NCBI GenBank assembly: GCA_002898715.1
Contig: BEIA01000001.1
Coordinates: 67,535-131,534 of the forward strand
DNA length: 64,000 nt
Origin: a bacterium HR24
Lineage (GTDB): Bacteria > Chloroflexota > Dehalococcoidia > SM23-28-2 > HRBIN24
Direction: 5' to 3'
A program made the position numbers and the translations under genes. Below, in pieces: positions 18,999 through 28,163 of this stretch. The stretch's first letter is position 1. Every line of letters starts with the position of its first letter. The notes under the pieces were generated by a model that saw only the letters and a program-made list of their open reading frames with translations, ran no database searches and had not been told where the DNA came from.

Positions 18999-19265
18999 GG
19001 CCCGGCCCGAGAGAAAGGAGGTGGTGTGAACATGGGCCTCATGTCGTGGCTTCGCTCCCTCTTCTCGCCGCCGCCGGCCGAGAGGCGGCGGCTCCTCCTG
19101 GACCCCGCCCTCCTGGACGAGGGCAGGCATGCCCCTCCCGACCACCCGCTCCCCGAGGGGCCGTGCCCCGATGAGGTGCACCATGTGCCCCCCTGCGAGG
19201 ATGCCTCCTCGTGGGAGGACGTCCCCTCGTGGGACGACACGCCCACCGACTAGGGGGCAGCGGTC

Positions 19266-19472
19266 ATGGCACAGGAGGTGCCCCTGCGGCGCTCCTGCCC
19301 CCGCTGCGGCGCCCTAGCCCTCTACCTGGAGGAGATCGGCGGCGACGTGGACGCCGTCTGCGCCGTATGCGGCTTCAGGCGGGTGGCCGTCGTCCGCCGC
19401 AGGCAGAGGAACGGCGCCGCCGGCGTCCGGCAGCAGCAGCTGCCACTACCCGTCTCCGCCCCGGCCGACTGA
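19266..19472 (+). CDS. small zinc-ribbon protein
   Basis: CPRCG...CAVCG. 68 aa. Confidence 0.4.
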   Translation: MAQEVPLRRSCPRCGALALYLEEIGGDVDAVCAVCGFRRVAVVRRRQRNGAAGVRQQQLPLPVSAPAD

Positions 19473-19663
19473 TGGCTATAGGCGACGACACCCCTCGCTG
19501 CCCCCATCACTTCCTCTGCCCCCCTCCCTGGGAGGCCGATGCCGAGGGCGCCGTGGAGGCCGTCTGCCGCCGCTGCGGCGAGCGGCGACGGCTGTCGGTC
19601 CGCCTCACGGGCAGCCTCTACGAGGAGGCATGGACCCCCAGGGAAGCCGAGCCGTCTGACTGA
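19471..19663 (+). CDS. small zinc-ribbon protein
   Basis: CPHHFLCPP...CRRCGERRRL. 64 aa. ATGA-type overlap with the upstream gene. Confidence 0.4.
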
Positions 19664-19677
19664 AGGAGGTGGTACCC

Positions 19678-20760
19678 ATGAAGCTCTCCACCGACCGCGA
19701 CGCCCTGCTCTCCCTCATCGCCGCCACAGCCGCCGCCACCGACCAGGCGCCATACGTGCGGCTGGTCGCCACCGACCACGCCCTCGCCTGTGAGGGCATC
19801 TCGCCCGAGCTCGCCATCCGCGTCCGCGCCCCGGCAGGGGTGGAGGAGGGGGGCGAGATGGCCGTCCCCGCCAGGACCCTCGCCCGCCTCATCGCCTGCC
19901 TCCCCCAGGGGACGGTCCAGCTGGAGGCGGCCTACCCCCACCTGAGCATCGCCTACGAGGGCGGCACGGCCAGCCTCGTAGGGGCCGACGCCATCATGGT
20001 GGGCGAGTTCCCCGAGAGCGATGCCGACCATGCGGCCCTCCCCGACGGGGCCTTCGCCACCCTCATCCCCCAGGTGGCCTTCGCCGCTGCCCGCCAGGAG
20101 GAGGGCAGGCCCCAGCTCACGGGCATCCGCCTGGAGGCGCGCGGCGGCCGCCTCCACGCCGTCGCCACCGACGGCGTGAGGCTCGCCATGGCCTCCCTCC
20201 CCTTCGAGGGGAGCGTCGCCGTCACCCTCTCCCGCAAGGCGGCAGCCCTGCTGCGGGAGCTCTCCCGCCAGGATCCCCAGGCGACGGTCGCCCAGGAGCG
20301 AGGGCAGCTCCACTACCGGTCGGCAGCGGCAGCAGCGGCCGTCACCACCCTGGCCTATGCCTACCCCGACATGTGGCAGGTGAGGCAGTCGCTGCCCGCC
20401 GGCGCCTGCATCGCCGTCTCCCGCCAGGCCCTCCTGGAGGCCGTGGCCCGCGCCGAGGCGGTCCTGGCCGACCGCCGGCATGCCATCGCCCTGGGGCTGG
20501 GCCCACGAGGCCTGTCGGTGGCGGCTGCCTCCGATGAGGGGAGCGTCCACACGGTGCTCCCCGGGGAGCGGTACGGCCGCCGGGACGACATCGGCTGCCG
20601 CGTCCGGGCCGAGTTCCTGACCCGGCCCCTGCGGGCCCTGCCCCAGGAGGTGGAGGCCGTCAGGCTCCACATCACCGGCCAGGCAACTGCCCTCCTCCTC
20701 CAGGCCGAGGCGGGTGACCTCCTGGTGGAGCACATCATCATGCCCGTCATCTCCGCCTAG
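19678..20760 (+). CDS. DNA polymerase III beta sliding clamp, divergent (DnaN-like)
   Basis: RBS aggaggtggtacccATG. MKLSTDRDALLSLIAA...VRLVATDHALACEG...MAVPARTLARLIACLP...LTGIRLEARGGRLHAVATDGVRLAM follows the clamp domain pattern (compare E. coli MKFTVEREHLL...; LNGMLFETEGEELRTVATDGHRLAV). Confidence 0.55.
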   Translation: MKLSTDRDALLSLIAATAAATDQAPYVRLVATDHALACEGISPELAIRVRAPAGVEEGGEMAVPARTLARLIACLPQGTVQLEAAYPHLSIAYEGGTASLVGADAIMVGEFPESDADHAALPDGAFATLIPQVAFAAARQEEGRPQLTGIRLEARGGRLHAVATDGVRLAMASLPFEGSVAVTLSRKAAALLRELSRQDPQATVAQERGQLHYRSAAAAAAVTTLAYAYPDMWQVRQSLPAGACIAVSRQALLEAVARAEAVLADRRHAIALGLGPRGLSVAAASDEGSVHTVLPGERYGRRDDIGCRVRAEFLTRPLRALPQEVEAVRLHITGQATALLLQAEAGDLLVEHIIMPVISA

Positions 20761-20768
20761 CGCCCCCA

Positions 20769-20813
20769 GGGACGGGCACGGCGGGAGCTCTTGCCCCTCC
20801 GTGCCCGTCCCGT
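20769..20813 (+). terminator. GC-rich hairpin after the clamp gene
   Basis: GGGACGGGCACGG-N19-CCGTGCCCGTCCC, a perfect 13-bp stem, followed by a second small hairpin AAGCGCtgagGCGCTT. Confidence 0.45.
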
Positions 20814-20851
20814 TGCGGGCGAAGCGCTGAGGCGCTTATCCTCATAAAGAG

Positions 20852-21142
20852 ATGAAGAGTATGAGCACCGAGGCCGCCGCTCGACCCACCTCCGTCCTGG
20901 TGCGCGTGCCCGGCATCGCCACCATCACCTGCCCCCACGGCCGCACGGCCGAGGTCCAGGTGCGCCTGCGGGACGGCCAGGCGGTGGTGGAGAGCCCGCC
21001 CCTCTGCCTCGCCTGCGGACCCGTCCGCTACCGCTGGACGCGCAGCCGGCGGCGCATAAGGCTCCTGGTGGGGCCGGAAGAGGGGGACGATGCTCAAGGC
21101 GCATCCCGGACACGCCGCCGGGCCGGACGCAGCGACGGGTAG
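20852..21142 (+). CDS. hypothetical small protein
   Basis: 96 aa containing CPHG...CLACG. Confidence 0.3.
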   Translation: MKSMSTEAAARPTSVLVRVPGIATITCPHGRTAEVQVRLRDGQAVVESPPLCLACGPVRYRWTRSRRRIRLLVGPEEGDDAQGASRTRRRAGRSDG

Positions 21143-21147
21143 GGCTA

Positions 21148-21270
21148 TGGACCAGCTGCCACGGGTCCACCTGCTGCCCCAGCAGGTGCGTCGCCTCATC
21201 GCCGCCGACGAGGTGGTGGAGAGGCGGGCATCGGTAGTGCGGGAGCTCGTCGAGAACGCCATGGACGCCG
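21148..21270 (+). pseudogene. mutL: mutL remnant (N-terminal about 40 codons only)
   Basis: [43 protein letters not shown] matches the MutL N-terminus (canonical ...[34 protein letters not shown]). Similarity ends abruptly after DAGA. Confidence 0.55.
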
Positions 21271-21382
21271 GGGCGCCCCCGGCAGGGGCCACTGCCACAC
21301 CGCCCCGCCAGGCGGGCGCCGGCCAACGCCCTCGCTGCCGAGGGTTGAGTGATGTATAATCATACGCCGCGGAGGGACGGAG

Positions 21383-21640
21383 ATGGGTAGGATGGTCCGT
21401 AAGCAGCTCTATATAGAGAAGAGGCAGGACGAGGCGCTGCGAGAGCGTGCCCGTAGGCTGGGCGTGAGCGAGGCAGCCCTCATCCGGTCGGCTATCGACA
21501 TGGCCATGGGTGCCGCCTTCTGGCCCTGGCAAGACGAGGAGGCGTGGCGTCAGGCACGTGTCTACATGCAGAAGCGGCAGAACATGGCGGCGCCGCAGGC
21601 AACACGGGCCTGGACCCGCGAGGAGCTGTATGCGCAGTAG
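21383..21640 (+). CDS. vapB: ribbon-helix-helix (CopG/VapB-type) antitoxin
   Basis: MGRMVRKQLYIEKRQDEALRERARRLGVSEAALIRSAID. It overlaps vapC by 11 nt. Confidence 0.6.
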   Translation: MGRMVRKQLYIEKRQDEALRERARRLGVSEAALIRSAIDMAMGAAFWPWQDEEAWRQARVYMQKRQNMAAPQATRAWTREELYAQ

Positions 21641-22100
21641 GGGAAGAGGCGTCGTCCTCCTGGACACCAACGTCCTCGTTTACGCCCACGACCCACGCAA
21701 CAAGGCCAAACAGGAGCTGGCCATCCAGGTGCTAGACCACCTGGCGACGAGGCGTATGGCGGTGCTCAGCAGCCAAGTGCTCGGCGAGTTCTTCGTCGTC
21801 GCCACCCGCAAGCTGCCGGACCCGCTCCCGACAGAGGAGGCCGCCGCCCAGGTGGAGCGCTTCCTGCGCTACTTTCCGGTCCTGGAGGTCACGGGCACGG
21901 TGGTGCTGGAGGCATGCCGCGGCGTCAGACAGCATCGCCTGGCATACTGGGATGCCCAAATATGGGCCACGGCTCGCCTCAATGCCGTCCCCCTGGTGCT
22001 GAGCGAAGACTTCAGTGATGGCCTCTTCCTGGAAGGCGTGACTTTTCGCAACCCCTTCCTTCCCTCCTTCGATCTGAGCTCGGCCGCAGGCGAGGGATAG
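21630..22100 (+). CDS. vapC: PIN-domain ribonuclease toxin VapC
   Basis: VVLLDTNVLVYAHD...acidic residues E/D...AYWDAQIWATA...LSEDF, the PIN signature. Confidence 0.7.
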   Translation: MRSRGRGVVLLDTNVLVYAHDPRNKAKQELAIQVLDHLATRRMAVLSSQVLGEFFVVATRKLPDPLPTEEAAAQVERFLRYFPVLEVTGTVVLEACRGVRQHRLAYWDAQIWATARLNAVPLVLSEDFSDGLFLEGVTFRNPFLPSFDLSSAAGEG

Positions 22101-22188
22101 GGCCGTCTCCAGGGCCCATGCCCCGCGGCCCGCGGCCATATGCTGCCCCAGACTCCTCGTATCGAACGGCAACAAAGGAGGTGCCGTC

Positions 22189-24951
22189 ATGGTAGACAGG
22201 ACCGGCGCGGCTGTTGCTTCGCCCGAGAAGGAGCGCCTCATCGCCCGCTTCTTCACGCGGCCGGGGGTTGACCCCTTCGACCAGGTGGAGTGGGAGCGGC
22301 GCACCGCCCTCATCGAGGGGCCCGACGGCAGGCCCGTATTCGTGCAGGAGGACGTGGAGTTCCCCAAGGCCTGGTCACAACAGGCCACCAACGTCGTCGC
22401 CTCCAAGTACTTCCGCGGGCCCCTCGGCACGCCCCAGCGGGAGCGCTCCGTCCGCCAGCTCATCGCCCGCGTGGTGGACACCATCACGGCCTGGGGGGAG
22501 AAGGGCGGCTACTTCTCGTCCGAGGAGGAGATGGAGACCTTCCGGGAGGAGCTGAAGTTCCTGCTCCTGCACCAGTACGCAGCCTTCAACTCTCCCGTCT
22601 GGTTCAACGTCGGCATCGAGGAGCGCCCCCAGTGCTCGGCCTGCTTCATCCTCTCCATCGAGGACTCCATGGAGTCCATCCTGGACTGGTACAAGACGGA
22701 GGGGAAGATCTTCAAGGGCGGCTCGGGGGCGGGCATCAACCTCTCGCCCCTGCGCTCCTCCCGGGAGCGCCTCTCCTCGGGCGGCATCGCCTCGGGGCCC
22801 GTCTCCTTCATGCGCGGGGCCGACGCCATCGCCGGGACGATCAAGTCGGGGGGCAAGACGCGGCGGGCGGCCAAGATGGTCGTCTTGAACGTGGACCACC
22901 CCGACATCGAGGAGTTCATCTGGTGCAAGGCCAAGGAGGAGCGCAAGGCCCGTGCCCTGGTGCAGGCTGGCTGGAACCCCTCCCTGGACTCCGAGCTGTG
23001 GATCAGCATCCAGTACCAGAACGCCAACAACTCGGTGCGGGTGACCGACGAGTTCATGCGGGCAGTGCTGGAGGACCGGGAGTGGCAGACCCGCTACGTG
23101 ACCACCGGCGACGTCTGCTCAACTTACCGCGCCCGCGACCTTTTGCGGCAGATGGCCCAGGCCGCCTGGGAGTGCGCCGACCCGGGCATCCAGTACGACA
23201 CCACCATCAACGACTGGCATACCTGCCCCAACTCCGGGCGCATCAACGCCAGCAACCCCTGCTCCGAATACATGCACCTGGACGACTCGGCCTGCAACCT
23301 GGCCTCCCTCAACCTGCTCAAGTTCCTGCGGGAGGACGACACCTTCGATGTGGAGGCCTTTAAGCAGGCGGTGGCAGTCATGATCACCGCCCAGGAGATC
23401 ATCGTTGACAACTCGTCCTACCCCACCGAGAAGATCGAGCGCAACGCCCGGGACTACCGCCAGCTGGGCCTGGGTTACAGCAACCTGGGCGCCCTCTTGA
23501 TGACCCTGGGCCTGCCCTACGATTCGGAGGAGGGGCGGGCCTACGCCGCCGCCCTGACGGCACTTTTGACCGGCCACGCCTACGCCGTCTCGGCCCGCAT
23601 CGCCGCGCGCATGGGCCCCTTCGCGGGATATCTGCGCAACAGGGAGCCCATGCTGCGCGTCATCGGCAAGCACCGGCAGCACGCCTACCGCCTCTACGAG
23701 CTGGGGAGATATGGCCGCCTGGCCCAGGCGCCGGAACCCGGCGAGCCCGAGTGGGCGGCACGGGTGCCGGGCCTGCGCGACCTGGTGGCGGCGGCGCAGG
23801 CGGCCTGGGACGAGGCCCTTGCTCTGGGCGAGGAACACGGGTACCGCAACGCCCAGGTGAGCGTCATCGCCCCCACGGGCACCATCAGCTTCATGATGGA
23901 CTGCGACACCACCGGCATCGAGCCGGAGCTGGCGCTGGTCAAATACAAGGCCCTGGTGGGCGGCGGCGTCATGCGCCTGGTAAACAGGGCGGTGCCCAGG
24001 GCCCTCCGGCGGCTGGGATATGCCCCCGAGCAGATCGAGGAGATCATGGCGTTCGTAGACTCCCGCGGCACCATCGAGGGGGCGCCCCACCTGCGGGAGG
24101 AGCACCTGCCGGTGTTCGACTGCGCCTTCAAGGCCCCCGGCGGCCAGCGCTCCATCCACTGGATGGGGCACATCCGCATGATGGGCGCCGTGCAGCCCTT
24201 CATCTCGGGTGCCATTTCCAAGACGGTGAACCTGCCTGAGGACGCTACCGTGGAGGACGTAGAGCAGGCCTTCATCGAGGGGTGGCGGCACGGGCTGAAG
24301 GCGCTGGCCATCTACCGCGACGGCTCCAAGAACGTGCAGGTGCTGACCACCCGCAAGGAGGACGTGGAGGCCAAGAAGGAGGAGCCGAGGCCGGTGCGCC
24401 GCCGCCTGCCCGACACGCGCAGGTCCCTCACCCACAAGTTCTCCATCGAGGGGCACGAGGGCTACATCACCGTGGGCCTCTACGAGGACGGGTCGCCCGG
24501 GGAGATCTTCATCACCATGGCCAAGGAGGGGAGCACCCTCTCGGGCACCATGGACGCCTTCGCCACGGCCATCTCCCTGGCGTTGCAGTATGGCGTGCCG
24601 CTGCGGGACCTGGTCTACAAGTTCAGCCACATGCGCTTCGAGCCCTCGGGCCGCACCGAGAACCCCGAGATACCGGTGGCCCAGAGCATCGTGGACTACA
24701 TCTTCCGCTGGCTGGCCTCCCAGTTCCTCTCTGAGGAGGAGAAGGAGGAGCTGGGGGTGTTGTCGCCGGCGGTGCGGGAGAAGCTGTCGCGGGAGGGGCC
24801 GAAGCAGCTCGCCCTGCCGGTGGTGGAGGCGAGGGAGGGCGGCCACGGCCGCGACGATGCGCCGCCCTGTCCGGCCTGCGGCTGGATCATGGTCCGCCGG
24901 GGGGCCTGCTACTCTTGCGACAACTGCGGCACCACCACCGGCTGCGGATAG
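22189..24951 (+). CDS. nrdJ: adenosylcobalamin-dependent ribonucleoside-diphosphate reductase (class II RNR)
   Basis: 920 aa with class II RNR signatures throughout (VASKYFRG, NSPVWFNVG, CSACFILS, NPCSEY, TGIEPE...) and a C-terminal CxxC...CxxC tail. Confidence 0.9.
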   Translation: MVDRTGAAVASPEKERLIARFFTRPGVDPFDQVEWERRTALIEGPDGRPVFVQEDVEFPKAWSQQATNVVASKYFRGPLGTPQRERSVRQLIARVVDTITAWGEKGGYFSSEEEMETFREELKFLLLHQYAAFNSPVWFNVGIEERPQCSACFILSIEDSMESILDWYKTEGKIFKGGSGAGINLSPLRSSRERLSSGGIASGPVSFMRGADAIAGTIKSGGKTRRAAKMVVLNVDHPDIEEFIWCKAKEERKARALVQAGWNPSLDSELWISIQYQNANNSVRVTDEFMRAVLEDREWQTRYVTTGDVCSTYRARDLLRQMAQAAWECADPGIQYDTTINDWHTCPNSGRINASNPCSEYMHLDDSACNLASLNLLKFLREDDTFDVEAFKQAVAVMITAQEIIVDNSSYPTEKIERNARDYRQLGLGYSNLGALLMTLGLPYDSEEGRAYAAALTALLTGHAYAVSARIAARMGPFAGYLRNREPMLRVIGKHRQHAYRLYELGRYGRLAQAPEPGEPEWAARVPGLRDLVAAAQAAWDEALALGEEHGYRNAQVSVIAPTGTISFMMDCDTTGIEPELALVKYKALVGGGVMRLVNRAVPRALRRLGYAPEQIEEIMAFVDSRGTIEGAPHLREEHLPVFDCAFKAPGGQRSIHWMGHIRMMGAVQPFISGAISKTVNLPEDATVEDVEQAFIEGWRHGLKALAIYRDGSKNVQVLTTRKEDVEAKKEEPRPVRRRLPDTRRSLTHKFSIEGHEGYITVGLYEDGSPGEIFITMAKEGSTLSGTMDAFATAISLALQYGVPLRDLVYKFSHMRFEPSGRTENPEIPVAQSIVDYIFRWLASQFLSEEEKEELGVLSPAVREKLSREGPKQLALPVVEAREGGHGRDDAPPCPACGWIMVRRGACYSCDNCGTTTGCG

Positions 24952-24966
24952 ATGCCGCCCCATATC

Positions 24967-25011
24967 CCGCGGGTATGCCGGGGGCCCGTTGCGGCGCTCC
25001 GGCATACCCGC
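24967..25011 (+). terminator. hairpin after nrdJ
   Basis: GCGGGTATGCCGG-N17-CCGGCATACCCGC (13-bp stem), followed by cttatac. Confidence 0.4.
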
Positions 25012-25045
25012 TTATACTGGCTACTAGTTTCAGGGAGATGACGAG

Positions 25046-25918
25046 ATGATGCCCGACGACCGCCGGGAGGACGCGCCGCCGCCGAAAGAGCCGGCGCTGC
25101 CCACCCTCCCCCCACGCCTCGTCGACCTGGCCGGCACACCTGCCCACGACGCCCTCCTGCGCCTCCTCGCCGCCGGCACGAGGCTCAGGCGCGTCCAGGT
25201 GGGGGACTACCGCGTGTACGTGGTGGAGGGCCATGACGGCCAGCTCGTCTCCGTCTCCACCGCCCTCGGCGTCATCAACAAGCCGGGCCTGGTGGGATGG
25301 GCACGGCGCACCGCCCTGGAGGCCGTGCGCTCCCTGCTCCTGGAGGGCGCCGATGCCGAGCCCTACCTCTCCCGGGACCCGGAGACGGTGGAGGCCCTCA
25401 TCGCCCAGGCCCACGCCATAAGCGTCGCCCGCCGGGACGAGGCGGCCCGGTTCGGCTCCGAGCTCCACCACCTCATCGAGGAGCACATCCTCGGGAGGGA
25501 GCCCGAGCCTCCCCCGGAGCTCGTGGACGCCTACGCCGCCTACCTGGACTGGGAGCGGCAGGCGGACGCCATCCTCGTCCTCGCCGAGCTGCCCGTCTAC
25601 TCATTGCAGCACGGCTATGCCGGGACAGTGGACGCCATCGGCATCCGCCGGGACGGCCAGGGGCTCCTGGCCTTCGACTGGAAGACCTCGGGGAAGGTAT
25701 ACCCGGAGCACGCCCTCCAGGTGGCGGCCTACGCCCAGGCGCTGGAGGAGCTGACGGGCCTTCCCGTCGAGGAAGGCTGGATAGTGCGCCTCGCCAAGGA
25801 CCGGCCCGCCTTCGAGGCGCGCCGGGTGGCCGACTGGCGCCGGGCCTTCCCCGGCTTCCTCGCCGCCCTCGACCTCTGGCACCACATGCGCACCGACCAC
25901 CTGGGCGAGTGGGCCTAA
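25046..25918 (+). CDS. PD-(D/E)xK nuclease superfamily protein (RecB/Cas4-like exonuclease fold)
   Basis: ...GTVDAIGIRRDG...LAFDWKTSGKV...ALQVAAYAQAL shows the D...(D/E)xK plus QxxxY arrangement. Confidence 0.45.
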   Translation: MMPDDRREDAPPPKEPALPTLPPRLVDLAGTPAHDALLRLLAAGTRLRRVQVGDYRVYVVEGHDGQLVSVSTALGVINKPGLVGWARRTALEAVRSLLLEGADAEPYLSRDPETVEALIAQAHAISVARRDEAARFGSELHHLIEEHILGREPEPPPELVDAYAAYLDWERQADAILVLAELPVYSLQHGYAGTVDAIGIRRDGQGLLAFDWKTSGKVYPEHALQVAAYAQALEELTGLPVEEGWIVRLAKDRPAFEARRVADWRRAFPGFLAALDLWHHMRTDHLGEWA

Positions 25919-26012
25919 AAGGCAGCCCGACGCCCCGGCCTCCTGCCATGACGTATGGTGGGCCATGCCCGCCGCCGCACGACCATTCCGACCGTCGAGA
26001 GGAGGTGATAAC

Positions 26013-26918
26013 ATGAGTGTGCCGATGCAGGACGAGATCAAGACCTTCGAGGACATCATCCGCCTCCTCCAGGAGAGGCCGGCCCTCAGGGAGCAGCTGC
26101 GCCAGCTGCTCCTCACCCAGGAGCTCCTGGCCCTCCCCCAGCAGGTGGCGCAGCTCGCCGAGGCCGTCTCCCGCCTGGAGAGGCAGGTGGACCGCCTCGC
26201 CCAGGCCCAGGAGAGGGCCGAAGAGCGGCTGGGCCGCCTGGAGGAGCGGGTCGGGGGCCTGGAGGAGCGGGTCGGACGCCTGGAGGAGGCCCTGGCCAGG
26301 CTGGCCGAGGCCCAGGCGAGGACCGAGGAGCGGGTAGGCCGCCTAGAGGCACGGCTGGAGGAGCTGGCAGCGGCCCAGGCCAGGACTGAGCAGGAGCTGG
26401 CAACCCTCGCTCAGCAGATGCAGCGGCTGGCACGCCGGCTCGATAGCCTCGATTCACGTTTCACCGGCGACTTCCTGGAGCGCCGCTACCGCGACCATGC
26501 ATACTCCTACTTCGGCCCCATCCTGCGCCGCATACGGCCGGTCTCCAGGGAAGAGCTCTGGCAGCTGCTGGATGAGGCCGTCGAGGCCGGGCGGCTCTCC
26601 GAGCATGAGGCGCAGGACATCTCCCGCATAGACGTGCTGGTGCGTGGCCGCACGCATGGTGGAGAGGCGGCCTATCTGGCCGTCGAGGTCTCCAGCACCA
26701 TCTACCCGGATGATGTGCAGACGGTGCAGCGGCGACGCGATATCCTGGCCCGCTGCCTGGACGCACCGGTGCTGGCCGCTGTGGCCGGGGAGACGATCGT
26801 GGCAGGTGCCGAGGACCTGGCCCGACCAGGCCTCTACCGCGTCTTGGACGGGGTCGTGGTGCCGCCGGGGTCGCCAGCCCCCCGTTACGCCATCATCGAA
26901 GCTGAGGGCACCACATGA
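26013..26918 (+). CDS. coiled-coil protein with conserved C-terminal domain
   Basis: RBS gaggaggtgataacATG. Repetitive LGRLEERVGxLEE heptads lead into a globular C-terminus. Confidence 0.45.
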   Translation: MSVPMQDEIKTFEDIIRLLQERPALREQLRQLLLTQELLALPQQVAQLAEAVSRLERQVDRLAQAQERAEERLGRLEERVGGLEERVGRLEEALARLAEAQARTEERVGRLEARLEELAAAQARTEQELATLAQQMQRLARRLDSLDSRFTGDFLERRYRDHAYSYFGPILRRIRPVSREELWQLLDEAVEAGRLSEHEAQDISRIDVLVRGRTHGGEAAYLAVEVSSTIYPDDVQTVQRRRDILARCLDAPVLAAVAGETIVAGAEDLARPGLYRVLDGVVVPPGSPAPRYAIIEAEGTT

Positions 26919-27707
26919 CCCGGCACGAAGGCATGCCGCGCATCATTCGCGAGCCCAGGGTCTACCTGGTGGGCAGGCAGCAATGCAACGACGCCGCCAT
27001 CGAGCGCTTCCTCTCCGACTACGGCCTCACCTGGCAGACGGACACCGAGGTGGGGGCGGAGCGGCTGGTGGAGGCGGGCGGGCGCGTCTGCTACCTCTCC
27101 TTCGGCAAGGGGCGCAGGAGCAACGCCGAATACATCGGCAATCTCATCGGCCAGAAGCACGGCTCGGTGCTGGAGCACGCCGTTACGCCCCTTCATCATC
27201 GCCGGCGTATCCCGCAGCTTCTCGCATGAGCTGGTGCGCCACCGGGCCGGCTGGGGCTATTCCCAGCTCTCCCAGCGCTACGTGGACGAGTCCGATGCTG
27301 CCTTCGTGGTGCCCGACGTCATCGCAAGCAACGAGCGGGCCTACACCGTCTTTTTGCGGGCCATCGAGGCCGCCCAGGCTGCCTACCTGGAGCTGGTGGA
27401 GATACTGCAGGACCGCTTCCGGGACGTCCCCGACCGGACCCTGCGGCGCAAGCTCGCCCGGCAGGCGGCGCGGTCGGTCCTGGGGGGCGCCACCGAGACC
27501 ATCATCTTCGTCACGGCCAACGCGCGGGCGCTGCGGCACTTCATCGAGCTGCGGGGAGACGTGCACGCCGACACCGAGATACGGAAGGTGGCGCTAGAGA
27601 TCCTGCGCATCATGCAGCGGGAAGCACCCAGCATCTTCGGCGACTACCGCATCGAGCGCCTGCCCGACGGCACCGAGGTCGCCCGTACCGACCACCGCAA
27701 GGTGTAG
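26915..27707 (+). pseudogene. thyX: FAD-dependent thymidylate synthase ThyX, interrupted by a +1 frameshift near 27196
   Basis: The N-terminal part is in frame 2 up to ...HGSVLEHAVTP. It continues in frame 3 as FIIAGVSRSFSHELVRHRAGWGYSQLSQRYV (the ThyX RHR...S..S.RY signature). Removing one C from the run cgCCCCtt restores a single ORF. Confidence 0.65.
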
Positions 27708-27730
27708 GGGCCGCTGCCGGCGCCCCTGAG

Positions 27731-27862
27731 AAAGTGTTGGCGCAAGTGTTGGCACAGGCCCGAGACCAACACTTGCGGCAGCGTCGTATCTAGACGACTC
27801 CTCCCAGCCGTCCCACCCCATATTCAAGCCCGCCCCGGCAAGTGTTGTATCTATCAACACTT
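27731..27862. promoter_or_regulatory. cluster of CAAGTGTTG / CAACACTTG half-sites (two palindromes plus an extra direct copy)
   Basis: AAGTGTTGG (27731), CAAGTGTTGG-N13-CCAACACTTG (27742..27774) and CAAGTGTTG-tatctat-CAACACTTG (27838..27862). The cluster is intergenic between thyX and dcd. Confidence 0.55.
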
Positions 27863-28163
27863 GCCGGGACATCACCCAGGCAGCTACATGGCACATGCTA
27901 CCGGCAGCAGGAGGTGAGAAGTTGTCCGGAGATATGCACCCCGCCCTCCACCATGTCCAGCAGCCCCCTCAGGAGGCGCCGCCCGCGGTGGCGCCCATGC
28001 GCTTCCTGGGCGCCGTCCGGATGATGGGCGGCATCATGCACGTCTACGACATGGGGGACGGCCTCGCCCTCCTCAGACCCGTCTCTCCCCTGGGACTGGA
28101 GGCCAGAAGGGAGTGGGTGGTCCCCCTGAAGGGCGTGCTCAGGGCCCTCCAGCAGAGCGCCTG

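Noticed and set aside
21340-21360. TATAAT hexamer upstream of vapBC
   Set aside because: A striking AT island and plausible -10 element, but no convincing -35 at proper spacing (TTGAGT is only 4 nt away), so not called as a promoter.
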